Below are positions 47,410-56,468 of a DNA stretch of 64,000 bases, piece after piece (positions within the stretch are counted from its first letter, which is position 1; the number at the start of each line of letters is the position of its first letter). Source of the DNA: Candidatus Hydrogenedentota bacterium (GTDB lineage: Bacteria; Hydrogenedentota; Hydrogenedentia; Hydrogenedentales; SLHB01). The notes under the pieces were generated by a model. That model had not been told where the DNA came from and searched no databases. It was given only the letters and a program-made list of their open reading frames with translations. The stretch covers positions 160,001-224,000 of the forward strand of contig CAXXYE010000001.1 in NCBI GenBank assembly GCA_963674865.2, in the 5' to 3' direction. The position numbers were made by a program, and so were the translations under genes.

Positions 47410-48073
47410 TTGCGACATCCAGCCCGACATGAACTCTTTGCCTTGGCCGAGAGTCTTGTTGATCGGCGAGGAACTGTGCCGGTGAAGACGGCAGCGCATG
47501 TCAAGGCCTGTTAAGGCTTGCGGCGCGGAAGTCCAGGCCATGCGCCGTTCTCTGGCGTTTGTTTCTGAGGCACAGGACCTGCAAGTGTCTTGCTCGATGA
47601 GCGTTCAACTGAACCTGGCGGTGAAGGAGCAACTCAAGGCTGCACGAAAGCACCGGAACCGCCGCCGGTCGATGGTGGCGTTGGCCAAGGGCTTGGCGTA
47701 TGCAGCCGGGTTGGTTCTCGTCGCGGCGGTGTGTTATACGGCGGCCCTTAGCGATCAGACGCCCGCAAGGGCGCGCTCGGCGGCTGGGCCGGCACGTGTG
47801 ACGGTGGCCGGACCTTCACCGGAAGCTATTCGGAAGGCTGCCGCCGAGATTGAAGCGCTGGCGGCTGCCGTGACGTATCCGGTTCAAAGGCCGGGGAGCC
47901 TGTGGGAACGTGAATGCCGCCGGGCGGTGCGCACATTCAACGACGACCTCGGGGCGGCGGCCGCCGCGCTCGAGCGGAATCCGGGGTGCGCCCGGGCCAG
48001 ATCTCTGATACAAACCAGTATGAAGCGTCAGGCGGATACACTCAGGACGTTGTACGTGGAACGAACGCTATAG
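47410..48073 (+). CDS. Zinc-binding anti-sigma factor (HxxxCxxC plus TM), frameshifted at 47511-47512
   Basis: Removing one T joins ..TAAHVKAC to KACGAEVQAMRRSL..; TM LAYAAGLVLVAAVCY; directly downstream of the ECF gene. Confidence 0.75.
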
Positions 48074-48080
48074 GGGCTGC

Positions 48081-50010
48081 ATGGCTCCCTTTCGACGTAT
48101 ATGCGCCGGGTCGATCATCCTGGCGTGCTTTTTTTCGCCAGGAACCGCGCATGGCGAGCAGGGCCTCTTCAGGCGCGTCCGCGACGTGTTCGAGGGCATC
48201 AGCCGGCGGCTGAATGACGTGGGGGAGCGCGCGGAAGGCCTGCTGGGCGAGGGCCTCGGGCTGGGCGATATCGACCAAGTGGATTTCACCGGCCTGGTTA
48301 CCGTTCCTCGCGAGATCAACGAGAGATATCCGTCCATCCTTCCTCCCTTGTATCAATTACCAACGAATTCGGTGAGATTCGGGTGGATTCGTGGGAAAAC
48401 CAAGTGGTCCAGGTTCTTGCGGAGGTGACGGTGGGCGCGGAATCGGTCGAAGTGGCGGCGGGAATCGCGGAGTCAATCGATATCCACGTCGACCACAGCA
48501 AAGACCGTGTCGAAGTGAAGACCATTCTTCCGGATACGCGCGACCTCGGAAGGGTAGCCATCGAGGTCAACTACGCCGTGACGATCCCTCGCGATGCCGG
48601 CCTTGTGTGTGAGAACACCCTCGGGGATACCGTGGTACGCAATGTGGGCGGGGACCTGAGCGCGAAGACCCGGTTTGGGATAGTGGACATCCGCGAAGTG
48701 GGGGGTATTGCGCACGTATGGGCCCGGGGCGAGTTCCCACTGCAAGCCCATCGGCTCAGGCAGGGGGGCGTTTTTGTTCTCAGCGGGACGCAGGCGGAAT
48801 TTGGCGAAGTGGGCGGCAAACTCCAAGTGAGCAATTATCGGGGGGCGGTGACAATTAGGGATCTCCTGCCGGAAGTCGAACTCGACGTTACATCCGAGAA
48901 CGGCCCGATCCACCTCTACCTGGCGGACGGTGCGTCGCCGGACCTGGAGGCGAGCGTCTTGCTGGGCACAATTGTATCCGATGTCCCCTTGCGGCGTGCG
49001 ACGCTCAGTGCCTTCACTTTGGCGCGTGATGGCCGGCCGGAGGCGACGCAACGGGCAATGCTTCACGCCACGTTTAGCGAAGTTGTCATACACAGGGAAG
49101 GGCTGAAGGCCGACGAAGAGGCTACCGGGCCGGCGGAAACGGAACTCGTGAAGCGCACCGTCACGGCGGATGCCCCTGTGGGCGAAGGGGGCGAGGTGGT
49201 CGTTGACGCCGTGATCGGCGATGTCCGCGTCGAGGGAGTGGATGAAGACGTTCTTACAGTCTCGGCCAGCCAGCTTGTGCGGCTGCGGTCCAACGCCAGT
49301 ACGGCCGACGCGCAGTCGGCGCTGGACGCCCTGGAACTGAAGATCGAGGAGGCCGGAGGCCGTCTACGTGTCCGGACGTCGGCTAGGGATGACTTGACGG
49401 CGTTTGGATGCGCGGGCTATCGCGTCGACCTGGACATCCGGTGTCCCCGTACCTCTCCGCTCAAACTGCAGGTGCAAAACGGACATACCTCCGTCGAATC
49501 GACGGGCGGCTCGGTTACTATTGAGCCAGGCTGCCGGCAGCGTGCACGTCGAGCACGTCAAAGGGCCGCTGGACATCACGAATCACAAGGGGGACGTGGA
49601 AGTTGTCGATTGCGCGGGCCCGGCCGAAGTGGCTGCGGCTTACGGCATCGCCACCATTCGGAATCTGTTCGGCCCCGCAACCGTAAGCTGTGAACAAGGC
49701 AAAACCGTGATCGACGCGGCCCGGGCCGGGGTGATCGTGCGCAACCGGGGGGGGGGATGTGCGGATTATCGCCCTCGACGGCATTGGCGGCGACTACGAC
49801 GTCTTGGCCGAGCAGGGAAACTTGAGCATCGTTCTGCCTCAAGACGCCGATGCCATTGTGCTTGTAACCGCCCAGAACGGACTCGTATACAGCGCCCTGC
49901 CCATGACGGGCGGTATTGAAAAGGGCCTTCAGAAGTTCCAGACGCGTCTCAGTAGCGGCGCGTTCCGCGTCGCGCTGGAGACGCGAGAGGGCAACGTTGT
50001 CATTGACTGA
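48081..50010 (+). pseudogene. Secreted DUF4097 (beta-strand repeat, adhesin-like) protein split by three frameshifts
   Basis: ORFs 48081.., 48383.., 49404.. and 49759.. join by single-base indels near 48331, 49526 and 49747-49756; repeated N..G.I/V.I motifs; ends LETREGNVVID. Confidence 0.75.
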
Positions 50011-50103
50011 GGGCCTGTGAAGAACGGGAAAAGGGACACGTAGTCGCGCCCGGGCTGCGCTTGGAACATGTCCCCTTTTACTCCGGCATTGCTTCACAGG
50101 CTC
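50011..50103. mobile_element. 93-bp MITE with IS5-like ends, TGA target duplication and GGGACA/TGTCCC core
   Basis: TIRs GGGCCTGTGAAG (50011-50022) and CTTCACAGGCTC (50092-50103); TGA at 50008-50010 and 50104-50106. Confidence 0.72.
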
Positions 50104-50116
50104 TGAGCCGTCGTGG

Positions 50117-51409
50117 CTAACTCTCCCAAACGGTTTGAGCCGCAGCCGCGAATCTCTTGACAACATCCGTGTTTTCGAACCACGGATGGCCCTTGATATA
50201 GGTGCGCACCTTGTTCCGGAAGGGCTTCCACCAATGCTCCGGGATGCCGCGCGCGCCGAGGATGGCGCCCAAGATCGAGCCTGCGGTCGCCGCCGTACAG
50301 TCATTGTCCAATCCCATGGCCACCGTCATGCCGATGGTCTTGGTGAAGTCCTTCCCGCCGAGCAACAAGCCGAAGATGGTTAGGCAGGCGTTGTTGTTGG
50401 TGTGGACGGAGTGCATGCCCTTGAACCGCTCATCCACCGCTTCACGCGCCGCGCGCCAAGAGCGAAGGTCCGGTGCCGTCCTAAACGCCCATCGTATATC
50501 CTTCGCGAGCCGGCATCCCTTCGGTATCTCCGTCAGGCCTATCTCGAGCGCTTCTTGCGGTTCGGAAACGGCAAAGGCGGCCGAGATCGCCGCGGCGAAG
50601 AACATGGCTCCATAGATGCCGTTTTGGCGATGCGAGATATAGGCGTCTCGATAGGCCATTTCGGCCGCCCGCTCGGGCCAGCCCGGCGCCGCGTAGCCCC
50701 ACGGGTCGCTGCGTATGTCCGCGCCGATCCATTCCTGGTACGGATTACCATCTGCGGCCGCAGCTGCGGGAACGCCGCTGCGAAGATGGGCTAGGGCATA
50801 TTCCTCCGCTGTGCAGGCCTCGGGCAGGTGCTTCACCCAGGCTCGGCCGACATCGTCGTATGTGAAGCCGGGGCCGTACTTCTCGAGGATCAAGAGGCCC
50901 AGCAGAGTGTACGTCAGGTCGTCGTCAACGGGGATGTAGCGAATGTGGCCTTTGAGATACTCGCGAAAGGTGTCGGCGCCGTAGCGCTTGTGCTCGGGCT
51001 GCGGGTGGCCGGGCCAGTAGTCGTCGGGTGGGAAGGCTGCCTCATGGCGTTGAGCCAGTGCCTCCATGTCTGCCACGGGCCAGCCCTCGACGGGCGCGCC
51101 AAGTGTGCACCCTGCCGCGCGGCCGAGCCATGCGCCTTTCAGGCGGCTTGCCAGTCCGGCGCGACGGAACTCCGTCCAGATCTGGCGGGGGCCCTTCGGG
51201 CGCAGCGACTGGATCTCGGCCAATTCATTTGGTTCCGTAGCCAACGCCGGGCCATCCGGCTCCTGCGCTCGCAGTTTCCTGCGGGCACGCTTCAGCTCTT
51301 TGTGCAAATGCTTGATTGTGGCTTTGACCTTAGTCCCTTGTTCGTGGCGAAGGTCTGCCCACAGAGTCACTTCTCTTAGGAGTTCATGAAGATCCTCGAA
51401 ATACGGCAT
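50117..51409 (-). CDS. ADP-ribosylglycohydrolase family protein
   Basis: GCTLGAPVEG, DDDLTYT, EWIGADIR, GLDNDCTAATAGS. Confidence 0.9.
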   Translation of the reverse strand: MPYFEDLHELLREVTLWADLRHEQGTKVKATIKHLHKELKRARRKLRAQEPDGPALATEPNELAEIQSLRPKGPRQIWTEFRRAGLASRLKGAWLGRAAGCTLGAPVEGWPVADMEALAQRHEAAFPPDDYWPGHPQPEHKRYGADTFREYLKGHIRYIPVDDDLTYTLLGLLILEKYGPGFTYDDVGRAWVKHLPEACTAEEYALAHLRSGVPAAAAADGNPYQEWIGADIRSDPWGYAAPGWPERAAEMAYRDAYISHRQNGIYGAMFFAAAISAAFAVSEPQEALEIGLTEIPKGCRLAKDIRWAFRTAPDLRSWRAAREAVDERFKGMHSVHTNNNACLTIFGLLLGGKDFTKTIGMTVAMGLDNDCTAATAGSILGAILGARGIPEHWWKPFRNKVRTYIKGHPWFENTDVVKRFAAAAQTVWES

Positions 51410-51739
51410 GGCAGTCCTCCCGCTTCTCCTGGAGTGGCCCCGCGCTACCTTGGGGACATGCAGCATACCATGACAATGGCCACAGCCGGTAGATCATACT
51501 CTCGTAAAAGCCAGTGAGATGATGGGGGGAGTGTGCGGATGACGGGCTGGATTCCGGGCCGTGATATCTGGTTGAGAATTTTGGGGATGTAAGCAGGGGG
51601 GGGGATGTTGAGACGAGGTGGGGGTGGGCTGGAGTGAGGATTACGAGGGCAAAGAGCCTGGAGGGATTCCGCAGCAATCCACACGCGTGCCGCAGGAATA
51701 AGGCGTTCAAGAGCTCGTCGACGCTTTTCTCGAAAGCGC

Positions 51740-52195
51740 TCAGAGCCACTCGAAGGTTTGGATGATGCGGCGGCGCAGGTCGTCATTGTCGTCGGTGACA
51801 ACCAGCAGGAACATGTCTTTGCGGGCGACATCGGAGGGGGTGTTGGGATTGGGTGCGGCGCCCAGTTGCTCGCTCAGGTTCCAGGCCTCCACCATGGCTT
51901 CGCCGGGCCCCTGGCGCAAGTACTGCTGCTGCTTGGCGATCTTCCCCACATCGTCATACACGAAGATGTCCACCTGCGCCCCGTTGACTTTCATGGCGGT
52001 GTGATCGGCGGCCTGGCGAAAGGCGGCCATGGTGCCGGGCCTGATATCGGCAACCTCAAAACCGGCCTCCTCAAACGCCTCGACGATCCTCTCCACGGTG
52101 ACGGGTTTGGGCAAATAACGCTTCAGGGCGGGCAGGACAGGGATTAGCGCTAAGAGCACTACGAAAGCGATGAGGGCTTTTGTCTTGCCTTCCAT
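51740..52195 (-). CDS. Hypothetical membrane-anchored protein at the end of the flagellar run
   Basis: N-terminal TM; 8-nt gap after fliP; host-like codon usage. Confidence 0.7.
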   Translation of the reverse strand: MEGKTKALIAFVVLLALIPVLPALKRYLPKPVTVERIVEAFEEAGFEVADIRPGTMAAFRQAADHTAMKVNGAQVDIFVYDDVGKIAKQQQYLRQGPGEAMVEAWNLSEQLGAAPNPNTPSDVARKDMFLLVVTDDNDDLRRRIIQTFEWL

Positions 52196-52203
52196 TATCC
52201 CCC

Positions 52204-52968
52204 CTATTGGAAGCTTCTCATCAGGCTGCCGATGAGCAAGTACCAGCCGTCGGCAAGTACGAACATAACAATCTTGAAGGGCAGTGAGACGAACACAGGC
52301 GGCAACATCATCATTCCCATGGCCATAAGCGTGCTCGCGACAACCATGTCGATAATGAGGAAGGGGATGTAGATGATGAATCCCATCTGAAAAGCGATGC
52401 GGAGTTCGCTGACAATGAAGGCGGGGACAAGAACGTGGGTCGGCACGTCGTCCTTAGTCTCGGGACGGCCGAGGCCGGCGATGTTGATAAACAGGGCCAA
52501 GTCCTTGGGATTGCTGATCTGCCGAAACATGAATTCACGGATGGGGGTGAGGGTGTTGGTGTAAGCTTCCTGGATGGAGATCTCCTCGGTTCGGTAAGGC
52601 ACATATGCGTCGGCATACACCTCTTGGTAAGTGGGCGCCATGATGAAAAAGGTGAGGATGAGCGCCAGCCCGACAAGCACTTGGTTCGGGGGGGATTGCT
52701 GAGTCGCCATGGCCTGACGCAGGAATCCGAGCACGACGACGACCCGCGTGAAGGAAGTGGTCATGACAAGGATGGCGGGGGCGAGAGAGAGGGTAGTGAT
52801 CAGTAGGAAAAGGAGGAGCGTGGTGCCGATCTGAGGTCCCGCGAAAAGCTGGTTGACACTTCCGGGCAAGTCGAATTGGGCGTCCCCGGGTGTCTGGGCG
52901 CTTGCGATGTTGGGAAATACTGCCAGCAACGCAAGCAGGAAGATGATGTGCTTACTCGTTGGACTCAC
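52204..52968 (-). CDS. fliP: Flagellar export protein FliP
   Basis: MTTSFTRVVVVLGFLRQA, PPNQVL, PFLIIDMVVAS.LMAMGMMMLPP, DGW; start set to GTG 52968. Confidence 0.96.
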   Translation of the reverse strand: MSPTSKHIIFLLALLAVFPNIASAQTPGDAQFDLPGSVNQLFAGPQIGTTLLLFLLITTLSLAPAILVMTTSFTRVVVVLGFLRQAMATQQSPPNQVLVGLALILTFFIMAPTYQEVYADAYVPYRTEEISIQEAYTNTLTPIREFMFRQISNPKDLALFINIAGLGRPETKDDVPTHVLVPAFIVSELRIAFQMGFIIYIPFLIIDMVVASTLMAMGMMMLPPVFVSLPFKIVMFVLADGWYLLIGSLMRSFQ

Positions 52969-53698
52969 TGGGGCTGTCCTGCAGGTATCGTTGAAGACGC
53001 TCGAGTTCGCCGCGGAGAGAGGCAATCTCGGCGTCGTCGGCATCGACGGGCTCCTCTTGATCCATCCGGCTGGCGCTGGCCCGGAGTTCGGCAAGGAACT
53101 GGCTCGTTGGGCCTGTCTCCTGGGAGTCCGCCTCAGTTTCCTCAGGCATTGTCTCAAACATAGCCGAATCGAATTGGGCGACGCGATTCACGCTCTCCTT
53201 GGTAACGCCCAGCACGAGCACTCGCTCGCCAATGCGGACGAAGCACAAACTAGCATTCGGCGCTATGTGAACTTTGCCAAGGAGTGTGCCGAGGCGGGGG
53301 CCAGCGAACAGCGGGGAGCGGCGGCCGTACTTCTTCAGGAAGTAGTAGGCCATCATGATGAGGAGCAGGACAATGCACAGCGCCCACAGGCCCTTGAAGT
53401 AGGGATAGGAGCCTGTCAAAGACCCGCCCGGGGCCTGACGAGGTTCGGCACCGTCGTCGTCTTCGGCGTTCCCTTCGAGTGCCTCATACAAGCCCGCCTT
53501 GAAATCCTCCGGGAATTGCGCGGCCTCATCTTGGGCGTCTTGAGCGGGCTGGGAAGGCTGGTAGAGTTCAACCGGTGGAGCGTCGGTAGTGGCGAAGGAC
53601 TCCGGGGCTGCCGCCTGTTCGGCGAGGGCATCCGCCTCGGCTGGCTGTCCGCTTGCCGCGGCGGCGACAAGAACGACTGTCCAGAGGCTACTCCACAT
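52952..53698 (-). CDS. fliO: Flagellar biosynthesis protein FliO
   Basis: TM followed by LCFVRIGERVLVLGVT; lies between fliN and fliP. Confidence 0.8.
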   Translation of the reverse strand: MWSSLWTVVLVAAAASGQPAEADALAEQAAAPESFATTDAPPVELYQPSQPAQDAQDEAAQFPEDFKAGLYEALEGNAEDDDGAEPRQAPGGSLTGSYPYFKGLWALCIVLLLIMMAYYFLKKYGRRSPLFAGPRLGTLLGKVHIAPNASLCFVRIGERVLVLGVTKESVNRVAQFDSAMFETMPEETEADSQETGPTSQFLAELRASASRMDQEEPVDADDAEIASLRGELERLQRYLQDSPSESNE

Positions 53699-54026
53699 CG
53701 CTCTCTTCTCCCGTACGTTCTCCTGTGGTCATTTCCCCTAGACGTACGTGCAGTGTATCACCGATAACGACGACCTCCCCCCGTGCCAATGGAAGGTCGT
53801 TGACATAGATGTCAGTCATCTCACCGGCCAATTTGTCAAGAGGGATGACCGACCCACGCTTCAGTTCAAGTACTTCGCGAACGAGCATAGAGCACTTGCC
53901 GAGATCGGCGCTCACTTCAAGGGGAACGTCCTTGAGGTCATCGATGCCCAGGCGCTGGGCGCCGACGGCGTCCCCTACGATTTCCTCGAAGGTGTGTTCT
54001 TGCGCTTCTTTTGGGTCGTTTGTCAT
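53688..54026 (-). CDS. fliN: Flagellar motor switch protein FliN
   Basis: SpoA domain LG..GSVIPLDKLAGE..ARGEVVVI. Confidence 0.9.
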   Translation of the reverse strand: MTNDPKEAQEHTFEEIVGDAVGAQRLGIDDLKDVPLEVSADLGKCSMLVREVLELKRGSVIPLDKLAGEMTDIYVNDLPLARGEVVVIGDTLHVRLGEMTTGERTGEESDVE

Positions 54027-54553
54027 TGATCCGCGATAGCCCATTTTCCGTGGAATACATCGGTGATCCGAATGTTGGCGTCAGGCTGCAGCTGGAGTCG
54101 AAGGAGCGTATTGTTCGCTGTCTCAAGAACTTGCCGTTCAATCTCGCTCTTCACCGACTGCTTGGTGAGGTCTTCGCGTTTGCGAAACTGATGGAGGTCG
54201 TTGATCGCGGCGTTGAAGCGTGCGCGGTTGGCTTCGACGAGGGCCGCCGTTTCGGGATTGGCGCACTCGAGCGTCACCTGGTAAACGAATTGGGACATAG
54301 GCATGTCCTCTTCGGGCATGATGCAGTTGACGAAAGTCTCGTCGAAGGCCACGGTGACGGCACTGGCGGGAATGAGTTCCGCCGGGGGCGTCTCATTTTC
54401 CGATGAGGCGAAGAGCGGCGCAAGCGCAAACTTGAAGGTTACCAGGCCCAGAATGGCCGAGATCATAACGATGCCAAGCGCAAGGCCGAGTTTGCGGACT
54501 AGTGAGCCCTTACCCTCGCTGGTTGGTTCGGCGGTAGTTTCTTCGTCGGCCAT
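54023..54553 (-). CDS. fliL: Flagellar basal body protein FliL
   Basis: Single TM, FVN motif, C-terminal ITDVF..W..Q; position after motB. Confidence 0.8.
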   Translation of the reverse strand: MADEETTAEPTSEGKGSLVRKLGLALGIVMISAILGLVTFKFALAPLFASSENETPPAELIPASAVTVAFDETFVNCIMPEEDMPMSQFVYQVTLECANPETAALVEANRARFNAAINDLHQFRKREDLTKQSVKSEIERQVLETANNTLLRLQLQPDANIRITDVFHGKWAIADQ

Positions 54554-54584
54554 GTCTCAGCTTCCCCTCTGCTCGCGGGCTCGG

Positions 54585-55361
54585 TCAGCGTTCCGTAACG
54601 CCGGCCTCGAGCGCGCCGAGCCTCTCCTGCAACGTTTGTGTCGTTGCTTCACCTAGTTGCCCGCGGATATAGATTTCCACGCGGCGGTTGGCCTGTTGGC
54701 CTTCCGGCGTGTCGTTTGTTGCCACGGGTTGGCCCGGGCCGCAAGCGATGATCTCGAACCGTTCAATGGGCATGCCGCTGGTATTGACAACGTAGCGGGT
54801 CACGGCGTCCGCCCGAGCATAACTCAGATCATAATTATCGCGGTAGCGGGCCGAGCTAATCAATGGGCGGCTGTCGGTATGGCCGCGGATTTCAACAAAG
54901 GCGTTAGGAATGTCTGCAAGCAGGCCGGCGAGGTCGGCTAGGAATGGGTAGGCCTCCTGTTTCACGGAAGCCTGCGCCGTGTCGAACAGGATCTGGCTGG
55001 GGAGGCTGATTTTCAGCCCGCCCTGCTTGTCGTACTTGATGTCCACTTCATCTTCTTTGCCGAGAACCTGGAGCCTACGGCGCAGTTCACGCGCAAGGCG
55101 TTCGATGGCCTCGGCGGTCTCCTTACTGAACTTGGGAATCGGATTGATCTGCACCATCGTGCGGTACTGGGGCAGAATGCCCAAGGCGCCTTGAAGCGAC
55201 ATCATTGCCTTTTCGAAATCTTCCTGGCTGATAGTGGAGAAGGAAAGGAGCAAGACGAAGAACGTCAGCAAGAGACTCATCATATCGCCGTAGGTTACCA
55301 TCCAGCCCGGTGCGCCGCCTTCTTCCGCGGCCGGTTTTTTCTTGCGGCTGGCGCTGGACAT
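54585..55361 (-). CDS. motB: Flagellar stator protein MotB
   Basis: WMVTYGDMMSLLLTFFVLL; OmpA-like GHTD..NYDLS.ARA..NRRVEI. Confidence 0.95.
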   Translation of the reverse strand: MSSASRKKKPAAEEGGAPGWMVTYGDMMSLLLTFFVLLLSFSTISQEDFEKAMMSLQGALGILPQYRTMVQINPIPKFSKETAEAIERLARELRRRLQVLGKEDEVDIKYDKQGGLKISLPSQILFDTAQASVKQEAYPFLADLAGLLADIPNAFVEIRGHTDSRPLISSARYRDNYDLSYARADAVTRYVVNTSGMPIERFEIIACGPGQPVATNDTPEGQQANRRVEIYIRGQLGEATTQTLQERLGALEAGVTER

Positions 55362-55362
55362 C

Positions 55363-56133
55363 CTAGCGCTGCGTCCCGATCTGACGGCGGACGGCCGGGG
55401 AGACGAAGGCCTTCAGCTTCTGCTCAACCACGCGGGGGTTGTCGCCCGACTGGATGGAGAGAATGCCCTCGATAATGATCTCCTTGGCGAGGAGTTCGCC
55501 GCTCGTGCGGACGCGGAGCTTGCCCGCCGCCGGCAGAAATAGGAGATTGGCCAAGAGCGCGCCATAGAGGGTTGTGAGCAAGGCCACGGCCATGCCCGCG
55601 CCTATCGTGGAGGGATCGTCCAGCGTGGCGAGCATCTGCACGAGCCCGATGAGCGTGCCGATCATTCCGAAGGCGGGGGAGAAGGCGCCCATCGCGCTGA
55701 GGATCGACTGGCCCATGGTGTGGCGGTCCTCAAGAAAGGCCAATTCGGTGGTTAAAATGTCCTTGATGAGTTCGGGGGCGGTGCCGTCGATGGCGAGTTG
55801 GATGCTCTTCTCGAGGAATTCATCCCCCGCCTCGGAAGCTTGGCTTTCGAGGGCAAGGATGCCTTCGCGTCGGGCGACGGTGGCATAACTCACCAGTTTC
55901 TCAATGAGGTTTTCGGGCGAGTTGGCCTTGTGTATGAGGGCATTCTTCAGAGTGCCGAAGACGCTCAACACATCGCTGAGGGGATAGTTGACGAGGGTGG
56001 CGGCCATGGTGCCGCCAATGACGATGATGACGGAGCTGAAGCTCCAGAACACGTCGGGCCGGCCGCCCATGACGATGGCCACCAACATGAGCCCCGTGCC
56101 GGAGACGAATCCTACGATGGTTGCAACGTCCAT
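55363..56133 (-). CDS. motA: Flagellar stator protein MotA
   Basis: ARREGILALE, PAFGMIGTLIGLVQML, ALLTTLYG, GDNPR. Confidence 0.95.
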   Translation of the reverse strand: MDVATIVGFVSGTGLMLVAIVMGGRPDVFWSFSSVIIVIGGTMAATLVNYPLSDVLSVFGTLKNALIHKANSPENLIEKLVSYATVARREGILALESQASEAGDEFLEKSIQLAIDGTAPELIKDILTTELAFLEDRHTMGQSILSAMGAFSPAFGMIGTLIGLVQMLATLDDPSTIGAGMAVALLTTLYGALLANLLFLPAAGKLRVRTSGELLAKEIIIEGILSIQSGDNPRVVEQKLKAFVSPAVRRQIGTQR

Positions 56134-56418
56134 TCGCGCTATCCTAAGAGGTGAGGTTCACTAACGACCCCCGAGGAGATGGTCGCTGTCGCCGGCGAGT
56201 TGCCTTGGCCATGCGGCATGTTCCGTAGCTCCAACGGGGGACAAACCACGACGCGCGTCCGCCGGAGCACGGCGGCCAGCCTCGTCTGCGGGCTGTTCCT
56301 CCTCCTCACGCTATGGCGACCCCTCATATACCATTCCCATCATACCATCGCCGACGGGACAGCGTCCACAGCGAGAAGGCGCGTTTCCGCTCCCGTCGCC
56401 GCGGGCGAAAGAGAGAGT

Positions 56419-56445
56419 CAGGGGGGCGTTGCGCACGCCCCCCTG
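56419..56445 (-). terminator. GC-rich hairpin after flgE (terminator or mRNA stabiliser)
   Basis: 11-bp perfect stem CAGGGGGGCGT/ACGCCCCCCTG followed on the minus strand by ACTCTCTCTTTC. Confidence 0.55.
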
Positions 56446-56468
56446 GTTACCGTGACCCCGCTATTCTG

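Noticed and set aside
56139..56327. ORF between flgE and motA as flbD
   Set aside because: No FlbD-like motif (LTRLNG, IE.IE.TPDT); the Arg/Pro-rich composition is typical of a spurious ORF.
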